Below are positions 8,105 to 17,824 of a stretch of DNA of 38,238 nucleotides, piece after piece. Origin of the DNA: an uncultured Thermotogae bacterium (GTDB lineage Bacteria > Bipolaricaulota > Bipolaricaulia > M55B111). The notes beneath the pieces were generated by a model. The model did not search any database. It saw nothing but the letters and a program-made list of their open reading frames with translations, and was not told where the DNA came from. The stretch lies in the NCBI GenBank assembly GCA_964599005.1, contig CAZRDU010000002.1:1-38238 (forward strand), written 5' to 3'. The position numbers and the translations under genes were made by a program. Each line of letters starts with the position of its first letter. Positions within the stretch are counted from its first letter, which is position 1.

Positions 8105-9079
8105 ATGGCGGTTCGTACCAGAATAACGGTTATTTTCTTGTGTCTGACTTTACTTCTGTCAGCGGCGGTACCGGCACTGGGAACTACCCTCCGCCAGCTG
8201 GAACTGCTGGCCGGGTCCGATTTCATCCCGGAAGTCAGGGCCGCTGCTTCTCGAGCCCTGGCGAAAAAATACGTTAATATAGAACTCCAAACGAATGAAC
8301 TGGAATCAGTCGTCCGGAAGGGCAGAACGGACGAACTGCGTGGCGCTGCGATAAAAGCACTAACGAAAAAGTTTGAGGACGTAAAAAAAGTCGGTTCATT
8401 AAAGGAGGCTCGAAAAAAAGCAAAGGAACTCGAGAGACAGGCGACCAAAGGTACTTCTCCCGGTATCAGAAAAGCGGCCCGTAACGCTCTCGGTCTTTAC
8501 TACCTGGCATTTAATCTAAATGAAGTCGAAGGCTACTCGATGAAAAACCTGGAAAAAATGGCAACTGGCAGTACATCACAATATTTGAGGGAGGCCGCGG
8601 CAAAAGCGCTGGAATCAATTTACCCCAATCACTATTCGGCAAAAGAGCTAAAGAGAATGATACGAAAATCACCTCACGAAGAGATAAAGCGGGGAGCGGC
8701 CGGAGCACTGGCAATCCGGTACGCAAGCCGAATGCCTCCAAGCCCGTCGCTGTCGGAATTACGCAAAATAGCCTCGGATAAAACGAAAAACAGCTGGCTC
8801 AGGCAGGCTGCCGGGCGTGCATACGGAAAGTTAGCAGAAGGCAAGGTAAGTCCGGAAACCCTGGAAGAAATCGCTTCCAGCGGAAAGACCAGAGAGGTGA
8901 GGCAGGGCGCTGCCCTGGCCTGGGGGAGCTACTTGATCGATTCGGATAAATCGAAAACCGAACTTCTCAGGATGGCCTGCGCCGCGACCAGTTACGAAAC
9001 TCCCGCATACAGGTCGGCCGTGATCACGGCCCTGGGCGATAGAATGCTCAAAAGTGACTCCGCCGTAAGAGGAGGTTGA
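8105..9079 (+). CDS. Exported HEAT/PBS-lyase-type repeat protein (function unknown)
   Basis: SD AAGGGGTGG precedes ATG 8105. Sec-type signal peptide MAVRTRITVIFLCLTLLLSAAVPALG. Eight degenerate 32-43 aa repeats follow, each centred on [VLI]R-x-[AG]A-x-x-A[LYW]: EVRAAASRAL, ELRGAAIKAL, GIRKAARNAL, YLREAAAKAL, EIKRGAAGAL, WLRQAAGRAY, EVRQGAALAW, AYRSAVITAL. Confidence 0.7.
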   Translation: MAVRTRITVIFLCLTLLLSAAVPALGTTLRQLELLAGSDFIPEVRAAASRALAKKYVNIELQTNELESVVRKGRTDELRGAAIKALTKKFEDVKKVGSLKEARKKAKELERQATKGTSPGIRKAARNALGLYYLAFNLNEVEGYSMKNLEKMATGSTSQYLREAAAKALESIYPNHYSAKELKRMIRKSPHEEIKRGAAGALAIRYASRMPPSPSLSELRKIASDKTKNSWLRQAAGRAYGKLAEGKVSPETLEEIASSGKTREVRQGAALAWGSYLIDSDKSKTELLRMACAATSYETPAYRSAVITALGDRMLKSDSAVRGG

Positions 9080-9080
9080 G

Positions 9081-10868
9081 ATGAAGGAAAGACGCTTCGT
9101 CTACATCATTACTTTCTTCTGCACTCTGTTACTTTTAAGCTCTGTCGTAACCGCTCGGGAGAGTCACCCACCCGCCGAACCTCAGACAGTGCCACTGGGT
9201 GAGGAGAACGAGCTATGGGGGATGAGGAATCTAAAGCCGGGACAGCCGGGTGGTTCTGTAGAATTTGCTGTACAGAATTTCCCTGAAACCTTTAATAACC
9301 TTTTAGGGGATAAAAAACGCACAAAGGAGGTAACCCGGGTGATTATGGGTTCCGGCCTAATTGCCGAAAACCCGGTTAACGGAAGGGTAGTACCCGGCCT
9401 GGCTAAATCCTGGTCCATATCGAAAGACGGCCGCACCTACACCTTTCACCTGCGAAAGGGTTTGAAATTTTCCGATGGAAAACCTCTGACGGCGGAAGAC
9501 GTAATATTTACTTACAGGGAATTAATCTTGAACCCGGAAGTGAAAACGGAAAAAAGGTCGCTTTTACGGATCGATAACCAGTTACCGGAAATAAAGAAAC
9601 TGGACGCCCTTACAGTACGGTTTAAGATCCCGGAGCCTTATGGACCGTTCTTGAAAAGTGTCAGCACGGGCATATACCCCCGTCACGTTTTTAAAGGCGT
9701 CAGCACGGCGAAATTTAACAATTCCTGGGGGCTGAAAACCGCCGCAAACAAACCTGAAAAGATAGTCGGCGCCGGTCCATTCCAGCTAAAAAAATACGTT
9801 CCGGGCGAGGAGATAGTTCTTTCTCGCAACCCCTATTATTATAAAACTGATCCCGACGGAACCCAGCTACCCTATTTGAACCGATACAGAGTATTTAAGG
9901 TCAAAGATGACGACATCAAATTCCTCAAATTTAAAAACGACGAAACTGATTTATTGCGCGCCCAGCTCCAGGATATGCCTTACCTTCTGAGCAACAATGA
10001 GGAAGAGGGCTGGAAAATAACTACCGGCGAGGGCGATTGCGGCCTGCCCCTTAATTCGGATTTCCTCACGTTTAACTGGAACGCTGATGGAGAAGAACTT
10101 CGAAAGATCTTTCGGAACCCGGATTTCAGGCGGGCAGTCTCTCTGGTCATTGATAGAGAAAGGTTGATCAACGAAGTATTCAACAGCTTCGGCAGAATAC
10201 AGTTCGGCCCGATCCCCCGACTATCACCCTACCACAACCCCGGAGTTCGGGAACTAATACCGTCAAACTACAACCCGAATAGAGCAAGCAAATTGCTGAA
10301 AGATCTAGGGCTTTCGGACCGGAACGACGATGGATTTCTGGAGTTCGAATCAGGTGAGCGGATTAGTTTTTCAATTCTGGTCAACGAAAAGAACCGGGCG
10401 AGGTATCGTTCCGCCAAAATTGTCTCGAAAGGGTTGAAAGAGATAGGTATAACTGCAGAAGTCAAACAAAAGCCATTCGAGACCTTCTCATCGAGACTAA
10501 TCGGGGGGAATTATCAGGCGGCCATAGTTCGGGTCTTATCCCACCCCGTCGAACCTTCCACTCTTTCCGATATATTTACCACTGAAGGGCCGCTTCATCT
10601 CTGGCACCCGAACGCAAATACCAATCCGGCTGACTGGGAAGAAGAGATAGATAAACTGTTTCGGCTCGGTCTGAAAGCTCAGGGTTTCAAGTCCCGGAAA
10701 GGTTACTACGATCGATTCCAGGAAATTTACGGGAAGAAACTTCCGATCATTTACCTACCTGGCGAGAGTTTTCTCTTCGCGACGGACTCGTCCCTGAAAA
10801 ATACCGAGGAATTTAGCCGTCTCGGGACTTTTACGGATTTTGCGGAATTCGTCTGGGTTAAAAAATAA
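9081..10868 (+). CDS. ABC-transporter substrate-binding protein, family 5 (peptide/nickel/oligosaccharide type); orphan
   Basis: GAGGAGG SD, with the ATG 1 nt after the upstream stop. Signal peptide MKERRFVYIITFFCTLLLLSSVVTA. Length of about 595 aa, with family-5 SBP blocks (GLAKSWSISKDGRTYTFHLRKGLKFSDGKPLTAEDV, GAGPFQLKKYVPGEEIVLSRNPYYY). No permease or ATPase genes follow. Confidence 0.85.
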   Translation: MKERRFVYIITFFCTLLLLSSVVTARESHPPAEPQTVPLGEENELWGMRNLKPGQPGGSVEFAVQNFPETFNNLLGDKKRTKEVTRVIMGSGLIAENPVNGRVVPGLAKSWSISKDGRTYTFHLRKGLKFSDGKPLTAEDVIFTYRELILNPEVKTEKRSLLRIDNQLPEIKKLDALTVRFKIPEPYGPFLKSVSTGIYPRHVFKGVSTAKFNNSWGLKTAANKPEKIVGAGPFQLKKYVPGEEIVLSRNPYYYKTDPDGTQLPYLNRYRVFKVKDDDIKFLKFKNDETDLLRAQLQDMPYLLSNNEEEGWKITTGEGDCGLPLNSDFLTFNWNADGEELRKIFRNPDFRRAVSLVIDRERLINEVFNSFGRIQFGPIPRLSPYHNPGVRELIPSNYNPNRASKLLKDLGLSDRNDDGFLEFESGERISFSILVNEKNRARYRSAKIVSKGLKEIGITAEVKQKPFETFSSRLIGGNYQAAIVRVLSHPVEPSTLSDIFTTEGPLHLWHPNANTNPADWEEEIDKLFRLGLKAQGFKSRKGYYDRFQEIYGKKLPIIYLPGESFLFATDSSLKNTEEFSRLGTFTDFAEFVWVKK

Positions 10869-10895
10869 TGAGTAAAGGGGAATAGGATAGAAAAA

Positions 10896-10920
10896 CGGGG
10901 GAGCCGGATAAGCTCCCCCG
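10896..10920. terminator. Intrinsic terminator between convergent genes (best for ppdK, possibly bidirectional)
   Basis: A 9 bp GC-rich stem, CGGGGGAGC / GCTCCCCCG, with a 7 nt loop. AAAAA at 10891-10895 gives a U-tract on the minus strand. The plus-strand U-tract is weak. Confidence 0.65.
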
Positions 10921-10957
10921 GATCGAATCTTTCCTGAATTCCAGGTTAATAATTAAT

Positions 10958-13588
10958 TTATTCTTCTTCCGAATCCAGCTCAGCCTGTGCGGCAGCTAAC
11001 CGGGCAATCGGTACTCTAAACGGAGAGGCACTAACGTAATCCAGACCTACCACCCTGGCGATCTGGATGGATTCCGGATCTCCGCCCTGCTCACCGCAAA
11101 TACCAATCGACAAGTCTTCCTTCGTACTCTTGCCCAGCTCGGTAGCCATTTCCATCATCTGAGCGACGCCTTTACCGTCCAGTGTTTCGAACGGGTTGTT
11201 CTCGAGAACACCTTTTTCAAGGTACTCGTCCAGGAACTTGCCGGCATCGTCTCTGCTGTATCCGTAGGTCATCTGCGTCAGGTCATTTGTACCAAAAGAG
11301 AAGAACTCCGCGTCCTTTGCTATTTCATCGGCCAGTACGCATGCACGCGGAATTTCGATCATCGTCCCTATCTCGTATTTCAGATCTATATCGTAAGAAC
11401 TCAGGACGTCTTCTTCTACGCCCTTAATAGTATCTTTGACCCGTTTCATCTCCTCGGGATCTCCGACAAGCGGGACCATGATCTTCGGTATCGCGTTTAC
11501 GCCATCGGACTGGAGGTTCGCTCCTGCTTTCAGTATCGCTTCTACCTGCATTTCGTAGATTTCCGGCATCGTGATCCCAAGTCTGCAGCCACGGTGTCCC
11601 AGCATCGGGTTGAATTCTTTCAGCTCATCTACCTTTGCCTTTACTTCTTCCGGCTCCATCCCCGATGTTGTTGCAAACTCTTCAATTTCTTCCTCTGAGT
11701 CGGGAAGGAACTCGTGAAGAGGTGGATCGAGTAGCCTGATAATTACCGGCGATCCTTCCATCTCTTTCAAAATACCCTCGAAGTCTTCCTCCTGGAACTT
11801 AGCCAGTTCGGACAGGTATTCTTCGCGAGCTTCCCCGTCTTCCGCCATGATCGTCTGTCGGATATAGGGAAGACGATCCTCGCCAAAGAACATATGCTCT
11901 GTTCGACAGAGACCCACACCTTCTGCTCCGTAATCACGTGCTTTTCCGGCGTCTTCTGGGGTATCAGCGTTGGTCCGTACTCCAAGCTCCCGTACGTCAT
12001 CGGCCCATTTCATAAGGGTCTGGAAGTTCTCTCCCATCTTCGGTTCTACCGTGGGAACCTGTCCAAGCATTACCTCTCCGGTCGCACCGTCAATCGAGAT
12101 GTAATCCCCTTTCTCCACGGTCTTACCGTCTACCTCAAACTTCTCCCCTTCGTAATCGATCTCCAGAGCGCCACAGCCTGCAACGGCGGGTTTGCCCATG
12201 CCTCTGGCAACTACGGCTGCGTGAGAAGTCATGCCACCTCGGGAAGTAAGCACACCTTCTGCCGCTTCCAGACCGTCGATGTCCTCCGGAGAAGTTTCCG
12301 TTCTGACCAGTATAACGTTATCTCCCTCGTCACGTCTTTCTACGGCTTCACCGGCTGTAAATACGACCTCTCCTACTGCAGCACCGGGAGAAGCGTTCAA
12401 TCCTTTTGCCAGAACCTCTTTGTCCGCCTCTTCGTCGAAGGAAGGATGTAAGAGCTGATCGAGTGACTCCGGCTCTATTCGGCCTATGGCAGTTTCTTTA
12501 TCTATCAGACCTTCTTCCGCCATGTCCACGGCTATTTTGACCGCGGCTTTTGTAGTTCTCTTACCGGTCCTGGTCTGGAGCATGTAGAGTTCAGAATTCT
12601 CGATGGTAAACTCCACGTCCTGAACGTCCTTATAGTGAGCCTCGAGTTTCTGGAATATCTCTTCCAGTTCGTCCCAGGCCTCCGGCATCTCGTCCTTGAG
12701 AGTCTTGATATCTTTCGGGGTGCGGACACCGGCCACGACGTCTTCTCCCTGAGCGTTCTTCAGGTATTCACCGTAGCGTTTCTTTTCCCCGGTAGAAGGG
12801 TTTCTCGTGAAGGCAACACCGGTGGCCGAATCTTCGCCCGTATTACCAAATACCATCGTCTGAACGTTAACTGCCGTTCCCAGCGCGTCCTGGGGAAGGT
12901 CGTTCATCTTCCTGTACTTGATTGCACGGGGGTTATTCCAGGAACCGAATACGGCATCAATTGCTCCCCATAACTGCTCGCGCGGCTCCGTCGGGAATTC
13001 CTCGCCGAGGTTTTCCTTGTAAATTTCTTTGAACTTATCGACGACTTCTTTGAGGTCATCAACTGTCAGATCCGTATCGTTCTCGGCTCCTTTTTCCTCT
13101 TTGATATCTTCCAGAGCCAGGTCAAATTCCCGGGCCTCTATCCCCTTCACGACCTCTCCGTACATCTGAATCAATCGCCTGTAGGAATCCCAGCCAAAAC
13201 GGGGATTACCCGTCCTTTCGACGAGACCTTCAAGAGTTTCCTCGTTCAGCCCGACGTTCAAAACGGTATCCATCATGCCTGGCATCGAAACCGCCGCTCC
13301 GGACCTAATCGAAAGCAAAAGAGGGTCTTCAGGGTCGCCAAACTCCTTGTCGTTTTCCTCTTCCAGTCTTTTTAAGTTTTCGTCAACCTCGTCTTCCAGG
13401 CCATCCGGATAGACCTCATCGTTCCTGTAATAGTACTGGCAAACTTCCGCGGAAATCGTGAATCCAGCGGGAACGGGTATACCAATATTGGTCATCTCTG
13501 CCAGATTGGCACCCTTGCCGCCGAGAATGTCTTCAAGTTCTTCCGAGCCGTCAGCTTCGCCGCCACCAAAAAAATAGACGTACTCCAT
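10958..13588 (-). CDS. ppdK: Pyruvate, phosphate dikinase
   Basis: Full-length 876 aa match to the PPDK architecture: GGKGANLAEM ATP-grasp start, phospho-histidine motif GGMTSHAAVVARGMGKP, and PEP-utiliser TIM barrel motifs GLCRTEHMFF and FFSFGTNDLTQM. GGGAGG SD. Confidence 0.97.
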   Translation of the reverse strand: MEYVYFFGGGEADGSEELEDILGGKGANLAEMTNIGIPVPAGFTISAEVCQYYYRNDEVYPDGLEDEVDENLKRLEEENDKEFGDPEDPLLLSIRSGAAVSMPGMMDTVLNVGLNEETLEGLVERTGNPRFGWDSYRRLIQMYGEVVKGIEAREFDLALEDIKEEKGAENDTDLTVDDLKEVVDKFKEIYKENLGEEFPTEPREQLWGAIDAVFGSWNNPRAIKYRKMNDLPQDALGTAVNVQTMVFGNTGEDSATGVAFTRNPSTGEKKRYGEYLKNAQGEDVVAGVRTPKDIKTLKDEMPEAWDELEEIFQKLEAHYKDVQDVEFTIENSELYMLQTRTGKRTTKAAVKIAVDMAEEGLIDKETAIGRIEPESLDQLLHPSFDEEADKEVLAKGLNASPGAAVGEVVFTAGEAVERRDEGDNVILVRTETSPEDIDGLEAAEGVLTSRGGMTSHAAVVARGMGKPAVAGCGALEIDYEGEKFEVDGKTVEKGDYISIDGATGEVMLGQVPTVEPKMGENFQTLMKWADDVRELGVRTNADTPEDAGKARDYGAEGVGLCRTEHMFFGEDRLPYIRQTIMAEDGEAREEYLSELAKFQEEDFEGILKEMEGSPVIIRLLDPPLHEFLPDSEEEIEEFATTSGMEPEEVKAKVDELKEFNPMLGHRGCRLGITMPEIYEMQVEAILKAGANLQSDGVNAIPKIMVPLVGDPEEMKRVKDTIKGVEEDVLSSYDIDLKYEIGTMIEIPRACVLADEIAKDAEFFSFGTNDLTQMTYGYSRDDAGKFLDEYLEKGVLENNPFETLDGKGVAQMMEMATELGKSTKEDLSIGICGEQGGDPESIQIARVVGLDYVSASPFRVPIARLAAAQAELDSEEE

Positions 13589-13617
13589 AAATTAACCTCC
13601 CGTTAATTCTATAAAGG

Positions 13618-14529
13618 TTATCTGAACAATGCTTCTACGAATTCTTCTCTGTCAAACTCGTGTAAATCTTCCTCGGCTTCTCCAACACCGATCAATTTAA
13701 TCGGAGCGGAAAATTCATCAACTATCTGAAAGATCACTCCACCCTTGGCCGTACTGTCCAATTTGGTCAATATAATCCCCGTCAGCCCTACGGCTTCATC
13801 AAACTTTTCCGCCTGCGAAACGCCATTCTGGCCATTCGTAGCATCAATCGTAAGCAACTTTTCATCGGCGGAACGTCCCAACTTCTTTTCCACCACTCTA
13901 TCTATTTTCTTCAATTCCTCCATGAGGTTGTGCTTGGTCTGCAGACGACCGGCAGTATCGATAAGCAGGAGGTCCGCCTCGTTATTCAGGGAGTATTCGA
14001 CCGCATCGTAAGCAACTGCGGAAGGGTCAGCACCGATATCATGACTAATTGCGGTCGCACCGACATCATCGGCCCAGTACTCTAACTGATCTATCGCGGC
14101 CGCTCTAAACGTGTCGGCAGCTGCAAATACCACGTTTTTGCCCCTGGAAATGTATTTACTACCTATCTTTGCGATCGTGGTCGTCTTGCCGGAACCGTTA
14201 ACCCCCATAACAAGCATGACTGTCAGACCGTCCTCTTGCAGAGCCAATTGCTCTTCGGCCGGGGCCAACCTGTCTTTCAGCTCTTCCTTGAGAAATTCCT
14301 CAAGTCGGGCCGGATCCGTCTCCTCTTCCTCCTCGACTCTTTCCTTCAACTGATCGATTATTTCCATGGCGGTATTGACCCCGATATCTGCCGTAACCAG
14401 TAATTCCTCGATTTCGTCCAGCAGCTCGGGCCCAACCGCGCTATAATTTCCAATTATCCCTTCAATCCGACCGATTAATTTGCTTCTGGTCTTTTTGAGA
14501 CCGTCCTTTAACCTGTTGAACCAGCTCAT
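13618..14529 (-). CDS. ftsY: Signal recognition particle receptor FtsY (NG domain only)
   Basis: GVNGSGKTTTIAKI (G1), DTAGRL (G3), TKLDSTAKGG (G4/G5). 303 aa with no acidic A-domain. GAGGGGG SD. Confidence 0.95.
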   Translation of the reverse strand: MSWFNRLKDGLKKTRSKLIGRIEGIIGNYSAVGPELLDEIEELLVTADIGVNTAMEIIDQLKERVEEEEETDPARLEEFLKEELKDRLAPAEEQLALQEDGLTVMLVMGVNGSGKTTTIAKIGSKYISRGKNVVFAAADTFRAAAIDQLEYWADDVGATAISHDIGADPSAVAYDAVEYSLNNEADLLLIDTAGRLQTKHNLMEELKKIDRVVEKKLGRSADEKLLTIDATNGQNGVSQAEKFDEAVGLTGIILTKLDSTAKGGVIFQIVDEFSAPIKLIGVGEAEEDLHEFDREEFVEALFR

Positions 14530-14562
14530 TTAGCGTTTATCCCCCTCATTGGATAATCACAA

Positions 14563-16209
14563 TCACATACTGACGGGTGCCGAAACACCTAAGATATTCA
14601 GCAGTTCGCGGAGCACCAGCTGAACGCCCTTGCATAAACCCAAACGGGCCCTGCTTAACTCCTCGTCGTCAGTTAAAACCTTGTATTTGTTGTAAAAACC
14701 ATGAAACAGAGAAGCCAGGTTTTCCCCGTAACTCACGAGGTGATGCGGGCCGTAATTGGAAGCGGATATCTCCACGAGTTCGGAAAATTTATCCAGTTTC
14801 TTTATCAATTCAACCTCTTCATCCTTGTCGAGCTTCGTCAGGTCCACGTCTTCGAACTGGAAATCTTCCTCTATCCCCACCACTTCCGTTTTCCGGAAGA
14901 TACTGGCAATTCTCGTATGGGCGTACTGGAGGTAATAAACGGGGTTATCCATGGACTCCTCTTTTGCCAGGTCGTAATCAAATTCCAGGTGGCTTTCCGG
15001 CTTGCGGGCGGCCATGAAGTAACGCACTACGTCCTTCCCGAGGTCTTCAACCAAACTCTTTAGCGTGACGAATTCTCCTTCCCGGGTCGACATGCGCTTG
15101 ACCTCCCCCTCGCTGGACAGGCTGACAAATTGATTTACCAGAACCTGATAGAAATCGTCCGGTAACCCAAGTTTGCTCAACGCCGCTTTCATGTTTTCGA
15201 CGTGTCTCTGGTGGTCGGCTCCGAGGAGAACTATCGCTCTATCGTAACCTCTATCGTACTTATCCAGGTGGTATGCAATATCCGGGAGAAGATAGGTTGG
15301 ATCACCGTTGCTTTTGAGCAAAACGACGTCCCTGGGCGCCCCCTCTTCTTCCGCCTTTAACCATAGAGCACCGTCTTTTTCGTAAGTTCCATCCTCTTCT
15401 TCGAGATTCGAAAGAACTTCCTCTACTTCACCTTCTCGGTGCAGTTTGGACTCACGAAACCAGCCGTCGAACTCCACGCCAAGCAGGGAAAGGTCGTCCT
15501 GTATCCTCTCTATCATCTGGTTCATGCCTTTCTCCTTGAAGAAGCTGGCGGCGGCGTCGTTCCATTCGGTGTAACGTTCACCGTGTTCCGAGGCGAGATC
15601 TTTTCCAATATCTTTCAGATATTCCCCTTTATAACCGTCCTCCGGAATCTCAACTGCTTCTCCCAGAGCCTGCTTGTACCTGGCCCAGAGGGTCCGAGCC
15701 AGAATATCCATCTGTCTCCCTTCGTCGTTGAAATAGTACTCGGTATCAACGTCATAGCCGATCTTTCTGTAGAGGGAAGCCAGGATATCTCCAAGTACAG
15801 CTTGCCTGCAATGCCCAACTGTCAGGGGACCGGTGGGGTTGGAAGAAACGAACTCTATCTGAACCCTTCCCCGGTCCGAATCGCGGGCTTCTTTAAGAGG
15901 ATCAGACGTCGAAAGCAAACGAGTAAGGCTCTCCGAAAGGAATTCAAGCGTAAGATCAAAATTGATAAAGCCCGGACCGGCCACCGTAACGTTTTTAAAG
16001 ATCTCCTCATCCAGTCCGTCCGTTATTCGTTCAGCCAGATCACGGGGCGATCCTTCATACTCAGATGCCAGTTCGAGTGCGATACTTGAAGCAAAATCAC
16101 CGTAATCATCGCTCGAGGGTTCTTCTACAGCGAGAGCTTCCGGTTTGCGATCGAACCCGAGCTCCCTCAATCTTTCGCCTAATAAAATCTGAATTTCTCT
16201 TTTAATCAT
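14563..16209 (-). CDS. argS: Arginine--tRNA ligase
   Basis: SSNPTGPLTVGHCR (HIGH-region variant), MSTREGEFV (KMSKS variant) and a C-terminal DALR anticodon-binding domain ending in M, as is typical of ArgS. Confidence 0.95.
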   Translation of the reverse strand: MIKREIQILLGERLRELGFDRKPEALAVEEPSSDDYGDFASSIALELASEYEGSPRDLAERITDGLDEEIFKNVTVAGPGFINFDLTLEFLSESLTRLLSTSDPLKEARDSDRGRVQIEFVSSNPTGPLTVGHCRQAVLGDILASLYRKIGYDVDTEYYFNDEGRQMDILARTLWARYKQALGEAVEIPEDGYKGEYLKDIGKDLASEHGERYTEWNDAAASFFKEKGMNQMIERIQDDLSLLGVEFDGWFRESKLHREGEVEEVLSNLEEEDGTYEKDGALWLKAEEEGAPRDVVLLKSNGDPTYLLPDIAYHLDKYDRGYDRAIVLLGADHQRHVENMKAALSKLGLPDDFYQVLVNQFVSLSSEGEVKRMSTREGEFVTLKSLVEDLGKDVVRYFMAARKPESHLEFDYDLAKEESMDNPVYYLQYAHTRIASIFRKTEVVGIEEDFQFEDVDLTKLDKDEEVELIKKLDKFSELVEISASNYGPHHLVSYGENLASLFHGFYNKYKVLTDDEELSRARLGLCKGVQLVLRELLNILGVSAPVSM

Positions 16210-16424
16210 CTTAATTTAATTGATCCTGAAATTTCCGATTAAAGCGTTCAAAACTCCCTTTAAAGACCATATCTTGAAACCCTGAAAAATTCTTTTTGGA
16301 AGATCCGGCAAATATTCCGATTTCAACCCGTATACCTGAGAGCTTCCATAATCAAAAAACAGGATATAGTTTTGGTGAAAGCAGAACTAATAGGAAAGAA
16401 GAAAAGATTAAAACGACCTCTATT

Positions 16425-16691
16425 TTAGTCCCCTTTGAAATTTATCACGAACTTAATTCCGGTTTTTTCCTCCCCTTCGATCTCAAGATCGATAAAACCA
16501 GGGATCACGCTCAGGTTCTCCTCCCCTTCATCCAGCAAACGGCGGGCAATTGCGATCGCCTTTACTGCTTGATTAACAGCACCAGCACCTATAGTGTGGG
16601 CTTCGACTATACCGTCCGACTCGATTGCTCCAGCTATTGCGCCGGCAACGGAATTAGGATTGGAACTTGATGCCACTTTTAAGATTTCCAT
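16425..16691 (-). CDS. spoVS: SpoVS family protein (stage V sporulation protein S homologue)
   Basis: MEILKVASSSNPNSVAGAIAGAI...IGAGAVNQAVKAIAIARRLL...IPGFIDLEIEGEEKTGIKF is near-colinear with SpoVS. The start is set at ATG 16691, 7 nt after AGGAGGT. The track start 16709 sits on the SD. Confidence 0.85.
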   Translation of the reverse strand: MEILKVASSSNPNSVAGAIAGAIESDGIVEAHTIGAGAVNQAVKAIAIARRLLDEGEENLSVIPGFIDLEIEGEEKTGIKFVINFKGD

Positions 16692-16939
16692 ATCCTGTAC
16701 CTCCTGCATACAACGGCAACTCGCCGAGTGTAGTCTATCTAAATGGTATTATGGGTTCAGTCAAGTCGTTACCGATCCAGATAATCCACTGCAACTGCCC
16801 TGAATATATAAGAACGTACCTTATTAACTGGATATTTCTATAGAAAAATTATCTCAAAAGGAATATTAATAGAAGGGCTAAAAAATATCAACTTTTTGTG
16901 CTTTTACCGTAATGATAGGGGCTCCAAGCTGGATGATAG

Positions 16940-17824
16940 TTACTTTCTCAACCCCATAACCTTATCCAGATTAACTCTATCGGCTTCCTTACCATTCAGC
17001 TCTTCTTTTGGGGTCTCCAGGATGAACGGAAGTTCCCGGAGGTACTTGTTATTTACTACCGCTGCAAAGCCGGAATCTCCGATATTACCGTGACCGATAT
17101 GTGCGTGCCTGTCCTTCTCGGAGCCCAGCTCACCGACGGAATCATTGAGATGGATCAGTTTCAGCCGATCGAGTCCGACATCCGAGTCGAATTCCGCCAG
17201 GGCTTCATCCAGACCTTCAGCCGTTGAAAAGTCATAGCCAGCCGCGTAGCCGTGACATGTATCAATACAGACCCCGAAACGTTCTTCCTCCGCCAGCTGG
17301 TCCAGGACCAAACCCAGTTCCGAGAAACCCGCCCCGAGGGTCGTCCCGCTTCCGGCCGTATTCTCTAGCAGGATCACAACTCCGGAATTCCGAAAGACCT
17401 CGGACTTCTCAACTTCCTTCAGGGCGTCAACCAGCCTTTCCAGCCCATTTTCCAGCCCCGAACCCGTATGTGCGCCTATATGGGTGTTGATTGCGGGAAC
17501 CCCGAGCTTTTCCGCCCGGTCGATTTCTTCAATCAATCCTTTTTTTGACTTCTCCCAGAGGTCGTCCTTCGGAGTAGCCAGGTTCAGCAGATAGCTAGTA
17601 TGAATTACGGCGTACTCAACCCCAAACTCACTTCTTTTTTCCTTGAATCGTCTTACTTCGTCTTCCTCCAGCTCTCTGGTACTCCAGGAGCGAACGTTCT
17701 GAGAAAATATCTGCACAGCGTTCGTATCCAGATCGGCCGCTCTATCGACCGCTTTATCTACTCCGCCCGAAATGGATTTATGAGCCCCCAGCAACATTTC
17801 GTGTTCCGCGGGATTATCGCTCAT
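16940..17824 (-). CDS. nfo: Deoxyribonuclease IV (endonuclease IV, AP endonuclease family 2)
   Basis: LLGAHKSISGG..., IHTSYLLNLA, INTHIGAH, LLENTAG, CIDTCHGYAAGYD, IHLNDS and ILETP metal-ligand blocks. The start is set at ATG 17824 (11 nt overlap with the tatD stop, AGGAGG upstream). ATG 17797 (MLLGAH) matches homologue N-termini and is an equally possible start. Confidence 0.9.
   Translation of the reverse strand: MSDNPAEHEMLLGAHKSISGGVDKAVDRAADLDTNAVQIFSQNVRSWSTRELEEDEVRRFKEKRSEFGVEYAVIHTSYLLNLATPKDDLWEKSKKGLIEEIDRAEKLGVPAINTHIGAHTGSGLENGLERLVDALKEVEKSEVFRNSGVVILLENTAGSGTTLGAGFSELGLVLDQLAEEERFGVCIDTCHGYAAGYDFSTAEGLDEALAEFDSDVGLDRLKLIHLNDSVGELGSEKDRHAHIGHGNIGDSGFAAVVNNKYLRELPFILETPKEELNGKEADRVNLDKVMGLRK

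Noticed and set aside
11894-12451. 185 aa plus-strand ORF (and neighbours 12231..12458 and 12635..12973) antisense to ppdK
   Set aside because: These are shadow ORFs inside a full-length, motif-complete ppdK. Their composition is Ser/Cys/Arg-rich, unlike the acidic proteome, and they have no SD.
15439-16089. 216 aa plus-strand ORF antisense to argS
   Set aside because: It is a shadow ORF of a confidently identified gene. It has no recognisable domains and no SD.
16210-16424. Possible T-box leader upstream of argS
   Set aside because: I read the minus strand of the 215 bp gap. There is no T-box consensus (AATTAGGGTGGTACCGCG-like) and no specifier-loop or terminator-antiterminator architecture.
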